Assembly (NCBI GenBank): GCA_965223415.1
Contig: OZ245002.1
Location: 5,408,001 to 5,472,000 of the forward strand
From: Myxococcota bacterium
GTDB taxonomy: Bacteria > Myxococcota_A > UBA9160 > UBA6930
Length of the DNA stretch: 64,000 nucleotides
Direction: 5' to 3'
Below, one piece after another: positions 49,810 through 60,183 of this stretch (position 1 is its first letter; each line of letters starts with the position of its first letter). The position numbers were made by a program, and so were the translations under genes. The notes under the pieces were generated by a model. The model was given only the letters and a program-made list of their open reading frames with translations, did not search any database and had not been told where the DNA came from.

Positions 49810-50481
49810 CTAGGCGCCGCTCCCGCTCCCACCCTGCTGCTGTTGCTGCTGGGCGACCTGCATCTGGATCGCCTGCATCTGCATCATCAGCGTCATGTCG
49901 CCCTCGACCTGGATCTTGCCGGACATGAAGGCGGTCATCGGATCGAGCTCGCCGCTCTCCATGGCGGCGGCGTCCTCGCCGGTGATCCGCACCGTGGTCG
50001 TTGCCTCGTCGGGGATCGGGCCCTGGCCGAGGCAGAAGCCCACGCTCCAGGCCTCGTCGGCGGCGACCACCATGCGGATCAGGCCCGAGAGCTGCTGCAT
50101 CTCCGCCAGGGCCTGGGGCGTGGGCGCACCGCCCAGCCCCGGGGCGCCGTCGCCGGCCTGCTTGAGCGCGTCGGGCCGGAAGAAGAGCGAGGCGCCCTTG
50201 CCGATCGCCCCGCCGCGGCCCTCCCACAGGGCGCCCTGCCAGTCCGCCACGCTCTGGACGTAGGTGAAGGCGGCCTCGTCCCGCGAGCTGGCCTCGATCG
50301 TGACCTGCCCCCCGGCCACGTGGACCACCCACTCGCCCCCGCCCTCTCCTTCGAGCCGAACCCCGAGCTTCACGTCCACCTCGTCGGCCCCGGGCATGGG
50401 ACCGGCCTCGGCGAAGGCCTTCGGCAGCCATTCCTCCAGGAAGGCGGCCGGGGCGAGGGGGGCGTCGGGAAAGGCGGGCAT
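49810..50481 (-). CDS. SCP2 sterol-binding domain protein
   Basis: GELDPMTAFMSGKIQVEGDM. Confidence 0.85.
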   Translation of the reverse strand: MPAFPDAPLAPAAFLEEWLPKAFAEAGPMPGADEVDVKLGVRLEGEGGGEWVVHVAGGQVTIEASSRDEAAFTYVQSVADWQGALWEGRGGAIGKGASLFFRPDALKQAGDGAPGLGGAPTPQALAEMQQLSGLIRMVVAADEAWSVGFCLGQGPIPDEATTTVRITGEDAAAMESGELDPMTAFMSGKIQVEGDMTLMMQMQAIQMQVAQQQQQQGGSGSGA

Positions 50482-50555
50482 GAGACCTCCTGGGAGCCCG
50501 CAGTGTAACGACCCCCCTGCGGGTCCGGGCGCGGCGCGCGCCGTGCGCTAGAAAC

Positions 50556-51800
50556 ATGCGGATGCTCGCCATCCTCCGCCGTGCAGCCCGGCGCCGTCAC
50601 GAGCGGCGGAACGAGCGGGTGCGCAGCGCCGATGCCCTCGAGCAGCTCGGACGCTACGGCGAAGCGCGAGCCGTCTACGCCGAGGCGTTGGAGCGGGAGC
50701 CGGCCCACGCCGGCGCCCTGCGGCGACTCGCCGCGCTCTCGCAGCTCGAGGATCGCATCGACGAGGCCGAGGATCTCTGGCGACGGCTCCTGGCCGAGCG
50801 ACCCGAACGGGCCGACGCCTGCCATGAGCTCGCCCGCCTGCGTCTTCGGGCGGGCGATCCCGAGGAGGCGCTGCGGCTCGCCACCCGCGCCGCCGAGCTG
50901 GCCCCGCCCGGCAAGCCCCATGCCCTGGCGCACCGGGCCAAGAACCTGCGCGATCACCTGGCGCGGGGCGAGGTGCCCCTGGCCGCCCGCCACCTGGCCA
51001 TCGCGGGCATGTCGTTCTGCGGCTCGACCCTGCTCGGCTACCTGCTCGGGAGCCGGCCGGACGCGGCGAACGTCGGCGAGTCCCACGCGCTGGTCTACCG
51101 CCGCCAGGGCATGCGACCGATTCCCGTCGACTACGCGAGCGACGAGCCAGAGGGCATGATCCGCTGCACGCTCTGCGGAGAGGGCGAGTGCCCGATCTGG
51201 ACCGTGCCGTTCCGGCGCACCCTCGCCGCCGACCCGATCGATTGGTACGGCAAGCTGGCGGTCCAGGCCGGCGCACCAATCCTCGTCTCCTCGGACAAGA
51301 GCCACGCCAAGCTCTCCGGGCTCGATCCCTTCAGCCGGCACGACGTGGTGATCCTGTTCAAGACGCCCTCGGTGCACTTCGCGTCGGCGCGGCTCCGGCC
51401 CCGGCCGCCGAAGGACCCGCAGCTCTACATGACCCGCTGGGAGCGCGAGTACGCTCGCCTGCTCCACGACCTGCCGGTGAAGGGCCGCAAGATCGTGCTG
51501 CACTTCGACGCCTTCCGGCGAGCGCCGGAGGTGCACCTGCGCCGGCTGCTCGAGCGACTCGACCTGCCCGTCTCGGATACGACGGACCCGCTCGAGGTCG
51601 ACCCGGCCCAGCACGTGATCGGCGGCAACCCGTACACCCGCCAGGACGTCCGTGAGGAAGGGCGACGGCTCGGGATCCGCACCGGCGACGTGCACGAGCT
51701 GCCGGACGAGGCGGGGCGGGCGATCGCCGAGCGCCAGGAGCGCAGCACGGTCTTCGCCGAGCTCCAGGAGCGACACGCCGAGAGCTTCGACGGATGCTGA
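50556..51800 (+). CDS. TPR plus sulfotransferase-like protein
   Basis: TPR-like helices; GMSFCGSTLL, NVGES, SSDK. Confidence 0.65.
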   Translation: MRMLAILRRAARRRHERRNERVRSADALEQLGRYGEARAVYAEALEREPAHAGALRRLAALSQLEDRIDEAEDLWRRLLAERPERADACHELARLRLRAGDPEEALRLATRAAELAPPGKPHALAHRAKNLRDHLARGEVPLAARHLAIAGMSFCGSTLLGYLLGSRPDAANVGESHALVYRRQGMRPIPVDYASDEPEGMIRCTLCGEGECPIWTVPFRRTLAADPIDWYGKLAVQAGAPILVSSDKSHAKLSGLDPFSRHDVVILFKTPSVHFASARLRPRPPKDPQLYMTRWEREYARLLHDLPVKGRKIVLHFDAFRRAPEVHLRRLLERLDLPVSDTTDPLEVDPAQHVIGGNPYTRQDVREEGRRLGIRTGDVHELPDEAGRAIAERQERSTVFAELQERHAESFDGC

Positions 51801-52999
51801 AGAGGATCGCGCGGCGCCTGTCGGCGCGGCGGGTCCGCCAGGCGGAAGCCGCCCACGAGGCGCTGCACCTGCCGGAGGAGCGCGAGGCCTGGGAGGCGGT
51901 GCTGCGCACCCGGGCCGACCATCCCCGCGCGCTCCGGCGGGCGGCGGAGCTGGCCGCGCTTTGCGGCGATGCGGGCCGCGCGCGCGAGCTGTGGGAGCGG
52001 GCGCGGGACGTCCCCGACCTCGCCCTGCGCGCCCACGGCGAGCTCGCGCGCCGCACCTTCGAGGCCGGGGAGACCGAGCAGGCGCGCGCCCACGCCGACC
52101 GCTTCCTCGCCGAGAGCGAGCCCGAGCCCCGCGCCTTCAGCCTGCGGCGGCAGGTCGAGAGCCTGCGCGCCCACCTCGAATGCGACCCGGAGCGCAGCGA
52201 CGTCCGCCACGTCTGCGTCACCGGCGTCGCCTTCAGCGGGAGCACGCTGCTCGCGAACCTGCTCGGAGGCCAGCCGGGCCTCTCGAACATCGGCGAGAGC
52301 CACTGGCTCATCCACCGCCGGGTCGAGCGGGAGAGCTACGACATCGACTTCGACGCGGACCGGGAGGCGGCGGTCTTCCACTGCAACGGCTGCGGCCCGA
52401 CCTGCCCGCTGTGGACCTGGGAAGCACGCCGTGCCCTCTCCGAGGACCGGCGCGACTGGTTCCACCGCATCGGGCTCGCGCTCGGCACCCCCGTCCTGGT
52501 CTCCTCGGACAAGAACCAGCTCAAGCACCTGACCCAGGACCCGTGGCTGCGCTTCGATGCCCTCGTGCTGTTCCGGCACCCCCGCCACGCCTGGCACTCG
52601 GCGGTGCGGCCCGGACGCAAGTGGCGCGAGGTCGTCCCCTACCTAAAGCGGTGGGAGGAGCACTACCGGCGCCTGGCCTTCGACCTGCCCAACCGGGGCC
52701 GCAAGCTCTTCCTCGACCTGGATCGCTTTCGCGAGGACCCGGATCGCCACCTGGCACGGCTCGCGAGCCTGCTCGCCTTCCCCGATGCGGGAGCCGCCGG
52801 CGCGTCGCAGGCGGACCACTCCATCGGCGGCAACGCGCCGGTCGTGGCGGCCTTCCAGCGAGAAGGAGAGCCGGCCGTCGTCTCCCAGGAGAGCGCCGAG
52901 CTCACCGACGAGGAGGAGGCCCTCACTGAGCGCTTCGCGCGGGAGTCGGAGCTCTACGCCCACCTGGGCGCGCGCCATGCCGAGGCCTTCGGTCCGTGA
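51794..52999 (+). CDS. TPR plus sulfotransferase-like protein (paralog)
   Basis: GVAFSGSTLL, NIGES, SSDK, LFRHP. Confidence 0.65.
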   Translation: MLKRIARRLSARRVRQAEAAHEALHLPEEREAWEAVLRTRADHPRALRRAAELAALCGDAGRARELWERARDVPDLALRAHGELARRTFEAGETEQARAHADRFLAESEPEPRAFSLRRQVESLRAHLECDPERSDVRHVCVTGVAFSGSTLLANLLGGQPGLSNIGESHWLIHRRVERESYDIDFDADREAAVFHCNGCGPTCPLWTWEARRALSEDRRDWFHRIGLALGTPVLVSSDKNQLKHLTQDPWLRFDALVLFRHPRHAWHSAVRPGRKWREVVPYLKRWEEHYRRLAFDLPNRGRKLFLDLDRFREDPDRHLARLASLLAFPDAGAAGASQADHSIGGNAPVVAAFQREGEPAVVSQESAELTDEEEALTERFARESELYAHLGARHAEAFGP

Positions 53000-53796
53000 T
53001 CATCAGCCACGAGCATCGCTACGTGTTCGTCCAGGTCCCGGACTCCGCCTCCACCGCGATGGGCCGGGAGCTCTGCGCGCTCTACGACGGCGAGGAGATC
53101 GGCGCCAAGCACGACCACCTGGTCACGCTGCACGCGGCCACCGACGGCCGCTACCGCGACTACTTCGCCTTCGGAACGATCCGCCACCCGCTGGAGATCA
53201 TGGTGGCGCGCTACTTCAAGCTCAAGGTGGATCGGGGCGGCATGTTCACGAACCCGGAGTTCTGGGTCGAGAACGGCGGGCACATCACCGAGCGACAGCG
53301 CGAGCGCTACCAGTTCATCCAGGAGAAGGACGCGGACTTCCCGAGCTACTTCCTTCGTTTCGCCCCTCGTCTCTACGAGAGCCCCTACTTCACGGGCCTC
53401 CTCGATCGCTTCGACCTCGTGCTGCGCAAGGAGAGCCTGGACCGGGACTTCCGGGCCGCGCTGGCACGGCTGGGTATCCAGGCCCAGCGCGACATCCCGC
53501 CGGCCAACGTCACGCCGGCCCGGAAGGGCCCCTTCGCCGACTACTACACGCCGGAGATCCGCGAGCGCACGGTCGCGAGCTTCGGCCCCTACATGCGCCG
53601 CTGGGGCTTCGCCTTCCCGGAGGCCTGGGGCGCCCGTCGGCCGCCGCGGGCGGCGATGCTGGAGTACGAGCTGGGGCTGCGGGTCGCGCGCTTCGGCCTG
53701 TGCCGGCTCGGCTGGAGCCCGGAGCGCGCCCTCGCGGTGCGCGATCGCGTGCGCTCGCGGGTCAGGAAAGCGGCGCGAAGGGCGGGAAGCGCCTAG
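52996..53796 (+). CDS. Sulfotransferase family 2-like protein
   Basis: MIISHEHRYVFVQVP..ASTA, IRHP. Confidence 0.7.
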   Translation: MIISHEHRYVFVQVPDSASTAMGRELCALYDGEEIGAKHDHLVTLHAATDGRYRDYFAFGTIRHPLEIMVARYFKLKVDRGGMFTNPEFWVENGGHITERQRERYQFIQEKDADFPSYFLRFAPRLYESPYFTGLLDRFDLVLRKESLDRDFRAALARLGIQAQRDIPPANVTPARKGPFADYYTPEIRERTVASFGPYMRRWGFAFPEAWGARRPPRAAMLEYELGLRVARFGLCRLGWSPERALAVRDRVRSRVRKAARRAGSA

Positions 53797-55343
53797 CCAT
53801 CGGCTGCCGGGCCCTCCTTGAGCACGCGGCGGATCGCGCGCCGGGCGCCTTCGGCGGACAGGTCCGGGCGCAGGCCCCGGGAGACGGCGTCCCATGCCCT
53901 GGCGTCCTCCCGGCGTTGCGCCGCCGCCACCCAGGCACGGCGGATCGCCCTGTACCCCCGCATGGGAAGCCCGAGGACGGGCCGCTCGGCCCAGGCCGCG
54001 CCGAAGCGGCGCAGCTCCTCTCGCGGGGATCGGACCGCCGGCGCCGCAGGCGTCTCCCGTGACGAGGCGGGCGGCACCGCCGCGGACGGAGGAGCCGGCG
54101 ACGAGGCGGGCCGTGCCGGCGCCGCCACCCAGTGTCCCCGCAACCAGCGCGAGGCGACCAGCAGGTCCGCGTCGATCGCCGGTGCGACGGCTGCGAGAGC
54201 TTCGCGGGTGTAGGCCGGAGGCAGGGGCGCCGCCCGCGCCGTCACACCCTCCAGGGCGTCGTAGGCCGCCAGGTGCGCCTCGACCTGGGCGGCCAGGGTG
54301 AGGCCTTCGCGAACGCGACGGGCCCCCGCGGCCCCCATGGCCAGACGCTGGTCACGCCCGCGGGCGAGGCCGGCCAACGCGGAGGCCAACGCCTTGGCGT
54401 CGCCCTCGGGCACCAGGGCCCCGGTCTCGCCGTCCCGGACGACCTCGGGAATGCCCCCGTGGCGGGTGCCCACGACGGGAAGCCCCGTCGCCGCGGCTTC
54501 GACCACCACGTTGGGGATGCCCTCAACGTCGCCGTCCGCCGCCCTGCGGGAGCAGTGCACGAGCACGTCAGCCCAGGCGAAGTGGTCGCGGACGCCGGCG
54601 GCGTCGGTCGGCTCCACGAGCTCGAGGCCGTCGACCACGCCGAGCCTGGCTGCCGCGTCGGCGATCGGCGCCCTGTCCCCGGCGCCGACCACGCGCAGCA
54701 CGGCGTCGACGCCCTCCGCGCGGAGGGCGGCCAGGGCCTCGAGAGCGTCGCCGTGCCCTTTCTTCTCCACGAGTCGACCCATCATGAGCAGACGCAGGGG
54801 TCCGTCGCTCCGCCCCGCGCGGTCCACCACCTCGAAGTACGACGTGTCCGCGCCGCGCCGGATCAAGCGAATCCGCCCGGCCTCGACGCCCTCGGCCTCG
54901 AGCAGGCCGGCCAGCGTGTCGGACACGCACACGCACAGGTCGGTGGCCTGCAGGAGGCGCCGGTAGAGCGGTGCGTGCAGGGGGTCGCGGAGATCGCTGC
55001 CGAGATCGCGGCCGCCGAACGTGGTGACGAGGGGAACGTCGAGGCACTCGCGAAGGAGAAGGGAACGGATGCCGGACCAGCCGAAGTGCGCGTGGAGGAG
55101 GCGCGGCTGCCAGGCGCGTCGGAGCGCCTCGGCGACCAGGGCCGCCCCGGCGGGCCGCAGCAGCGCCTGGGTCGTGGCGCAGGCGTAGCGCGGCAGCGGG
55201 AAGCGCTCGCGATGCTCGCGGCGGTTGCACAGAATGGCGCCCGGCGCCTCGGGCTCGAGGCCGGTGATGAGCCGGTGCAGGAAGGGCTGACTCCAGGCCA
55301 GGTAGGCCGCGAACTTCGCGTGCAGCACCACGCCCCGGGTCAC
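53793..55343 (-). CDS. GT4 glycosyltransferase
   Basis: HAHFG, GRLVEKKG, EGIPNVVVEAAATG, HGGIPE. Confidence 0.88.
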   Translation of the reverse strand: MTRGVVLHAKFAAYLAWSQPFLHRLITGLEPEAPGAILCNRREHRERFPLPRYACATTQALLRPAGAALVAEALRRAWQPRLLHAHFGWSGIRSLLLRECLDVPLVTTFGGRDLGSDLRDPLHAPLYRRLLQATDLCVCVSDTLAGLLEAEGVEAGRIRLIRRGADTSYFEVVDRAGRSDGPLRLLMMGRLVEKKGHGDALEALAALRAEGVDAVLRVVGAGDRAPIADAAARLGVVDGLELVEPTDAAGVRDHFAWADVLVHCSRRAADGDVEGIPNVVVEAAATGLPVVGTRHGGIPEVVRDGETGALVPEGDAKALASALAGLARGRDQRLAMGAAGARRVREGLTLAAQVEAHLAAYDALEGVTARAAPLPPAYTREALAAVAPAIDADLLVASRWLRGHWVAAPARPASSPAPPSAAVPPASSRETPAAPAVRSPREELRRFGAAWAERPVLGLPMRGYRAIRRAWVAAAQRREDARAWDAVSRGLRPDLSAEGARRAIRRVLKEGPAADG

Positions 55344-56620
55344 GGAAGCGCTCCACGCCACCAGCTCGCGAAGAGCCGCGCGGGCCAGCGCCAGCGCTCG
55401 CGACGGCCGATCGCCTCCGGCAGCTCGACGTGGCCGGCCAGGGCCCGGTGCCACGCCGCCCGCCGCGCGGAGCGCGGGAGCGCGCGGTAGGCCGCGACGG
55501 CCGCATCGATGTGCGCGGCCAGCGCGCCCCCGCACACCGCCAGCCCGAACTCCGCCTCCACCTTCGCGCGCCCCGCCCTTCCGAAGCGTTCCCGGAGCGC
55601 CGGATCCGCCAGCTCGAGCACGGCGCGGGCCAGGCTCTCCGGCGCGTGCTCGGGCACGAGCCGTCCGGTCTCGCCGTCCACCACGGCCTCCGGGATCCCG
55701 CCGTGGCGGGTCGCGACCACCGGCAGCCCCAGCGCCATCGCCTCGAGGATGCTGTTCGGCACGCCCTCCACGCGCCCGTCGTCGTCCTGCTCGCTGGGCT
55801 GGAGGAGCACGTCCGTGGCGGCGAGCTCGGCGCGCAGCACCTCGACCGGCACGGCACCGTGGAAGTGCACGGCGTCGGCGAGCCCCGAGCTCCTCGCGAG
55901 CTCGCGCAGCGAGGCTTCGAGCGGACCGCGGCCGAAGAGGTGCAGGCTCGACCCGGGCAGCTCCTTGCGCACCGCCGCCAGGGCCTCGAAGGCGGTGGCG
56001 TGCCCCTTCACCTCCATGAGCCGACCGCTCAGCGCGAGGCGAAGCGGGCCCCGGCCTTCGTGGGGCCCGCGCGGCCGGTAGGCGGCGAGGTCCACCGCCA
56101 GGTGGAGGGTGTGTGCCCGCTCCGCCGGAAAGCCCGCGGCGACGACCTTGCGGGTGAGGTGATCCGCCACGCCCAGCGCGACGGCACCCGGTGAGGCGTA
56201 CCAGCGCTCGAAGAGCTCCCGGTAGGCGGGGTCGCGCACTTCCAGGTTGGCGTCCTCGCCGTGGAAGATGGCGAGGACGGGCACGTCGGCGACGGCGCCG
56301 AGGGCCAAGGCGCGAAACGCGTTCTTTCCCAGGTGGGCGACGACCGCCCGGACGCGGCCGTGACGGCCGCGGATCGCGGCCACGAGCTGGCGCGGCGGGA
56401 ACGCCTTGCGGAGCAGGCCGAGGTCGATCGGATGGACGTGGATGCCGCGCGCCGCCTGCGCCGCCCGCTCCTCGGCGGTGGGTGCCGCATCCACGTAGCC
56501 CGCCCGCGGGCTCTCCAGGACGATCTGCGGCTCGTGCCCGGCGAGGGCCTCCACGGTGCGATGGACGCCCGGATGGCTCCCGGGCGCGAAGGTCTGGGAC
56601 GTGAGGTGGAGGACGCTCAA
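55340..56620 (-). CDS. GT4 glycosyltransferase
   Basis: GRLMEVKG, EGVPNSILEAMALG. Confidence 0.88.
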   Translation of the reverse strand: MSVLHLTSQTFAPGSHPGVHRTVEALAGHEPQIVLESPRAGYVDAAPTAEERAAQAARGIHVHPIDLGLLRKAFPPRQLVAAIRGRHGRVRAVVAHLGKNAFRALALGAVADVPVLAIFHGEDANLEVRDPAYRELFERWYASPGAVALGVADHLTRKVVAAGFPAERAHTLHLAVDLAAYRPRGPHEGRGPLRLALSGRLMEVKGHATAFEALAAVRKELPGSSLHLFGRGPLEASLRELARSSGLADAVHFHGAVPVEVLRAELAATDVLLQPSEQDDDGRVEGVPNSILEAMALGLPVVATRHGGIPEAVVDGETGRLVPEHAPESLARAVLELADPALRERFGRAGRAKVEAEFGLAVCGGALAAHIDAAVAAYRALPRSARRAAWHRALAGHVELPEAIGRRERWRWPARLFASWWRGALP

Positions 56621-56626
56621 GGCCGG

Positions 56627-57694
56627 TCAGCGCCGTCCCCGCCACCAGGACCGGGCCGTCTCCTCCGCGGACGCCTCCGGGGTCGTCCGCAGCTCCTGCA
56701 CACGGGCCAGCACCCGCAGCACGGCGGCGGCCTGCTCGGGCGCGAGGTCGGCCAGGTCCGCGGTGCGGGTCGGCCGTCCGCGCGCTGGAGCGTTCGGCCA
56801 GGGCCCGCCCCAGACGCGGCTCGCGAACGCGTCGAGGGCCGGCTGCAGGGCGCCCCATGTCTCCTCGAGCGCCGCGTCGGTCCAGCCCCAGAATGCCTCG
56901 GTGTTCCAGCCCGCCTCGTCGGCGAGCTCGCGGAAGGTCCGACGCAGCGGCTTGTAGCGCGGGTGGCGATCGGAGAAGGCGGGGTCTTCGGCGCGAAGCG
57001 CTCGGCCGACGAGGCGCGCCACCTCGACGGTGAGCGGCCCCACCGACACGTTCTCGCGCCCCGCCACCTCCTCCAGACCGGCCAGGCCGCCCGCGTCGAG
57101 CCCGAGTGCGGAGGCCAGCATGGCGAGCGGCGCCTGGGCGCGGACCTGCCCATACGGGACGGCGACGAGCTCGATCGCCGGATGGGCGGACACGGCCTCG
57201 AACTGCGCCCCGGGATCGAGCGCCCCCTCGGCGACCAGCCGGCGCCGGAAGCCGTCGAAGGACTCGGTCACGGCGAAGTCGCGCACGTTCTGCTGATAGG
57301 TGCTGTTGAGCCAACCGATCGGCTCGCGGACGACGGCCAGGATCGTGAGGCTGCGGCCCGCCTCCTTGGCGTGACCGACCAGCCGCTCGAGGGCCTCCGG
57401 CGAGCGCAGCACGTGGGCGAGGTTCTCGCAGGACACCAGGGCCACGGGCGCTTCGGTTCCGCGCAGCTCCCGGGTGAGCTCGTCCCAGGTCCCGAGGCTG
57501 GGGTCGAAGCCCGGGTCGCCCAGCAGCTCCCGGACCAGGTTGTAGGGGGGACGGCGGTGCCCCTTGGTCCCGGTCGCGGGCACCTCGACGCCCGCGCGCG
57601 CCAACGCCTCCCGGTGCCCGAAGAGCTGCGCCTGGAGGTGCGTAGAGCCGGTCTTGGGCAGACCCACGTGGAGAACCAGGCGCAAGCGATCCAC
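56627..57694 (-). CDS. Sulfotransferase-like P-loop protein
   Basis: LHVGLPKTGSTHLQ, VSCE, VREP..WLNS.YQQ. Confidence 0.7.
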   Translation of the reverse strand: MDRLRLVLHVGLPKTGSTHLQAQLFGHREALARAGVEVPATGTKGHRRPPYNLVRELLGDPGFDPSLGTWDELTRELRGTEAPVALVSCENLAHVLRSPEALERLVGHAKEAGRSLTILAVVREPIGWLNSTYQQNVRDFAVTESFDGFRRRLVAEGALDPGAQFEAVSAHPAIELVAVPYGQVRAQAPLAMLASALGLDAGGLAGLEEVAGRENVSVGPLTVEVARLVGRALRAEDPAFSDRHPRYKPLRRTFRELADEAGWNTEAFWGWTDAALEETWGALQPALDAFASRVWGGPWPNAPARGRPTRTADLADLAPEQAAAVLRVLARVQELRTTPEASAEETARSWWRGRR

Positions 57695-57809
57695 TCCTCG
57701 ATGCGGGAACCGAGTCTAGTGGATCGGGGCGCCGCTCCGCGGAACGGCTAGCCTCGCACTCCGTGAGCCCCGGCCTCGTCCACCTCCCGCCCCATGGGGA
57801 GCCCGTCCG

Positions 57810-58880
57810 GTGACGCCGCGCATCCTGTTCCTGCGCGAGCACTTCCGCTGGATGGGCCGCCACAGCGGCTACGACCCGCTATGCGATGCGGTGCTCCGCC
57901 TGCGCCCCGGCGATCACCGCTCGGTGTTCGTGAAGCGCCGCCTGCCCCGGGGCAGTCGGCCGCTGCTCGATCGGCTCCGACGCCACGGCCGGGGCAGCCC
58001 GTTCTACAACGTCTTCGGGGCCCGCGCCGAGGCCGAGACGCTCCTGCGCGCGCGCCTCCAGCGCCCGGACCTCGTCCACGTCACCTACGTCGAGAACCAG
58101 CTCGGCCTGCTCGCTCGCCACCGCGACCGGCTCCCGGCCCGGCTGGTGGGAACGGTGCACCAGCCGCCGGGCTGGTACCGCATGCGCCACAAGAACCCGG
58201 CCCAGCTCGAGGCCCTCGACGCGCTGATCGTGATGGGCCGGGAGGCGGCGCGCTGGTTCGAGGCGCGGGTGCCGGGCCGCGTCCACTTCGTGCCCTACGC
58301 CGTGGACACGGACTTCTTCCGTCCCGCCGACCCGGGGCGCAGCCCGCGCGAGCCCCGTTGTCTCTTCGCCGGCCGCTGGCTGCGAGACCTCCCGGCCCTC
58401 GAGGAGGTGATCGAGCAGGTGCTGGCCCGCGACCCGAAAGTGGGCTTCGACCTGCTCGTCCCCCACGACGACCGCAAGGACGATCTCTTCCTGCGCCTCG
58501 CCCGCCACGAGCAGGTGCGCTTCCACGCGGGCCTCTCCGACGACGCGCTCCTCGCCCTCTATCGCAGCGCTAGCCTGCTGCTGCTGCCGATGTTCGACTG
58601 CCTGGGCAACAGCGTGCTGCTCGAGGCGCTGGCCTGCGGGCTGCCGGTGGTGACCAACGACGTCGGCGCCCTGCCCGACTACACCCGTCCCGAGTTCGCC
58701 GATCGGCTTCCCCGCGGTGACGTGAGTGGAATGGCCGAGGCCGTGCTGCGGCGGCTCGGGGATCCCGCCGAACAGGACGCCCGCGGCACGGCGGCAAGGC
58801 GCTTCGCCGAGCAGGAGCTCTCCTGGGACACCGCGGCCCGAGCGACGCTGGACATCTACGATGCCGTCCTCGCCCGCTGA
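57810..58880 (+). CDS. GT4 glycosyltransferase
   Basis: VDTDFF.P, LLEALACGLPVV. Confidence 0.85.
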   Translation: MTPRILFLREHFRWMGRHSGYDPLCDAVLRLRPGDHRSVFVKRRLPRGSRPLLDRLRRHGRGSPFYNVFGARAEAETLLRARLQRPDLVHVTYVENQLGLLARHRDRLPARLVGTVHQPPGWYRMRHKNPAQLEALDALIVMGREAARWFEARVPGRVHFVPYAVDTDFFRPADPGRSPREPRCLFAGRWLRDLPALEEVIEQVLARDPKVGFDLLVPHDDRKDDLFLRLARHEQVRFHAGLSDDALLALYRSASLLLLPMFDCLGNSVLLEALACGLPVVTNDVGALPDYTRPEFADRLPRGDVSGMAEAVLRRLGDPAEQDARGTAARRFAEQELSWDTAARATLDIYDAVLAR

Positions 58881-60183
58881 TCGGCCGCTCCTGATCCAGA
58901 CGACGTCGCACCGCTTCACGCCACGGGCGCATCCCACCATCTTCCGTCTGGCGGGCGGCCTCGCCGACAGCTTCCGGCAGCTGGTGCTGGAGCTCGACGA
59001 CAACGCCTACGTCGAGAGCGAGCTCTCCCCGGACGCCCGGCGGGAGCTCGCGGAACGGGGGATCGCGGTGCGTCGCGTCGACCGGGCGCGGCTCCACCAC
59101 GAGGAGTACGTGCGCTGGCTCCTGGCCGGCATCGCGCGCCGCTACGGGCGGCCCGTCGCGATCCTGGCCCAGCTCGGCAACAACGGCTGGCGCAGCCTGG
59201 TGCTGGCCGCCCACGCGCGGGTGCCGCTGGCGACGCTCTTCCACGGCGGCGACGCCCGGGTCGGCATGGCCGACGAGCGCTTCCGCGAGCGCTTCGATCG
59301 GCTGCGGCGGCTTCCCGGGAGCCACCTCGGCGGCGTCTCCCGCAACGTCGTCCAGGACCTGGAGGCCTGGGGGGTCGCGCCGGAGCAGACTTTCCTCCAG
59401 CACCACGGCGTCGACCTCGCCCGCTTCCAGCCGCCCGCGCGGGCGGCCGGCGCGGGCCGGCTGCGCATCGCGATGGCCGGCCGCTTCGTCCCGTTCAAGG
59501 ACCACGCCACGGGCCTGCGGGCCTTCGCCGCCCACCACGCCCACCACCCGGAGAGCCGGCTCCATCTCTACGGTGAAGGGCCGCTCGAGGAAGACACCCG
59601 TAACCTCGCGAACCAGCTCGGAATCGCAGGGGCCGTGACCTTCGAAGGGCTGGTGCCGGTAGAGACGCTGACCCGGGCCTGGGCGGAGGCGGACGTCGCC
59701 CTCCAGCCGAGCCGCACCGATGCGGAGGGCCACGCCGAGGGCATCCCCACGACGGTGCTCGAAGCCATGGCCATGGGGCTGCCGGTCGTCGCGACGAAGC
59801 ACGCGGGCATTCCGGAGGCCGTGGTGGACGGCGTCACCGGGCTCCTCGCCGACGAGGGCGACGCGGGCGGGCTGGCGCGCCTGCTCGACGACCTGGCCGA
59901 GATGCCCGAGCGGCGAGTCGCGCTCGGCCGGGCGGCCCGCGCCCGCATCGAGGCCGAGTTCGAGGTCCACGGCCTGGGCCGCCGCTTCGCCGAGCAGATC
60001 CGGTCCTGGTGCGACGCCCACGCTGCGCTCCCGGCCGCCGTCGTGGACGCCGGCATCGCCGAGGCGACGGCCGGCTTCGAGCAGCCCCTCGCCCGTCACG
60101 GCCTGGTGCGCCGGCTCGCGCTGGAGGGCCGCATCGCGGCCAACCGCTGGGCCGGCCGCATCGAGAGCGGAGCCCCGGCGTGA
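58861..60183 (+). CDS. GT4 glycosyltransferase
   Basis: GRFVPFK, EGIPTTVLEAMAMG, HAGIPE. Confidence 0.88.
   Translation: MPSSPADRPLLIQTTSHRFTPRAHPTIFRLAGGLADSFRQLVLELDDNAYVESELSPDARRELAERGIAVRRVDRARLHHEEYVRWLLAGIARRYGRPVAILAQLGNNGWRSLVLAAHARVPLATLFHGGDARVGMADERFRERFDRLRRLPGSHLGGVSRNVVQDLEAWGVAPEQTFLQHHGVDLARFQPPARAAGAGRLRIAMAGRFVPFKDHATGLRAFAAHHAHHPESRLHLYGEGPLEEDTRNLANQLGIAGAVTFEGLVPVETLTRAWAEADVALQPSRTDAEGHAEGIPTTVLEAMAMGLPVVATKHAGIPEAVVDGVTGLLADEGDAGGLARLLDDLAEMPERRVALGRAARARIEAEFEVHGLGRRFAEQIRSWCDAHAALPAAVVDAGIAEATAGFEQPLARHGLVRRLALEGRIAANRWAGRIESGAPA

Noticed and set aside
53793..57863. 1356-aa ORF (also the 1013-aa ORF at 59720 and 638-aa ORF at 5981)
   Set aside because: High-GC read-through; only the C-terminal parts are real genes (GT4, rfbG, SDR)
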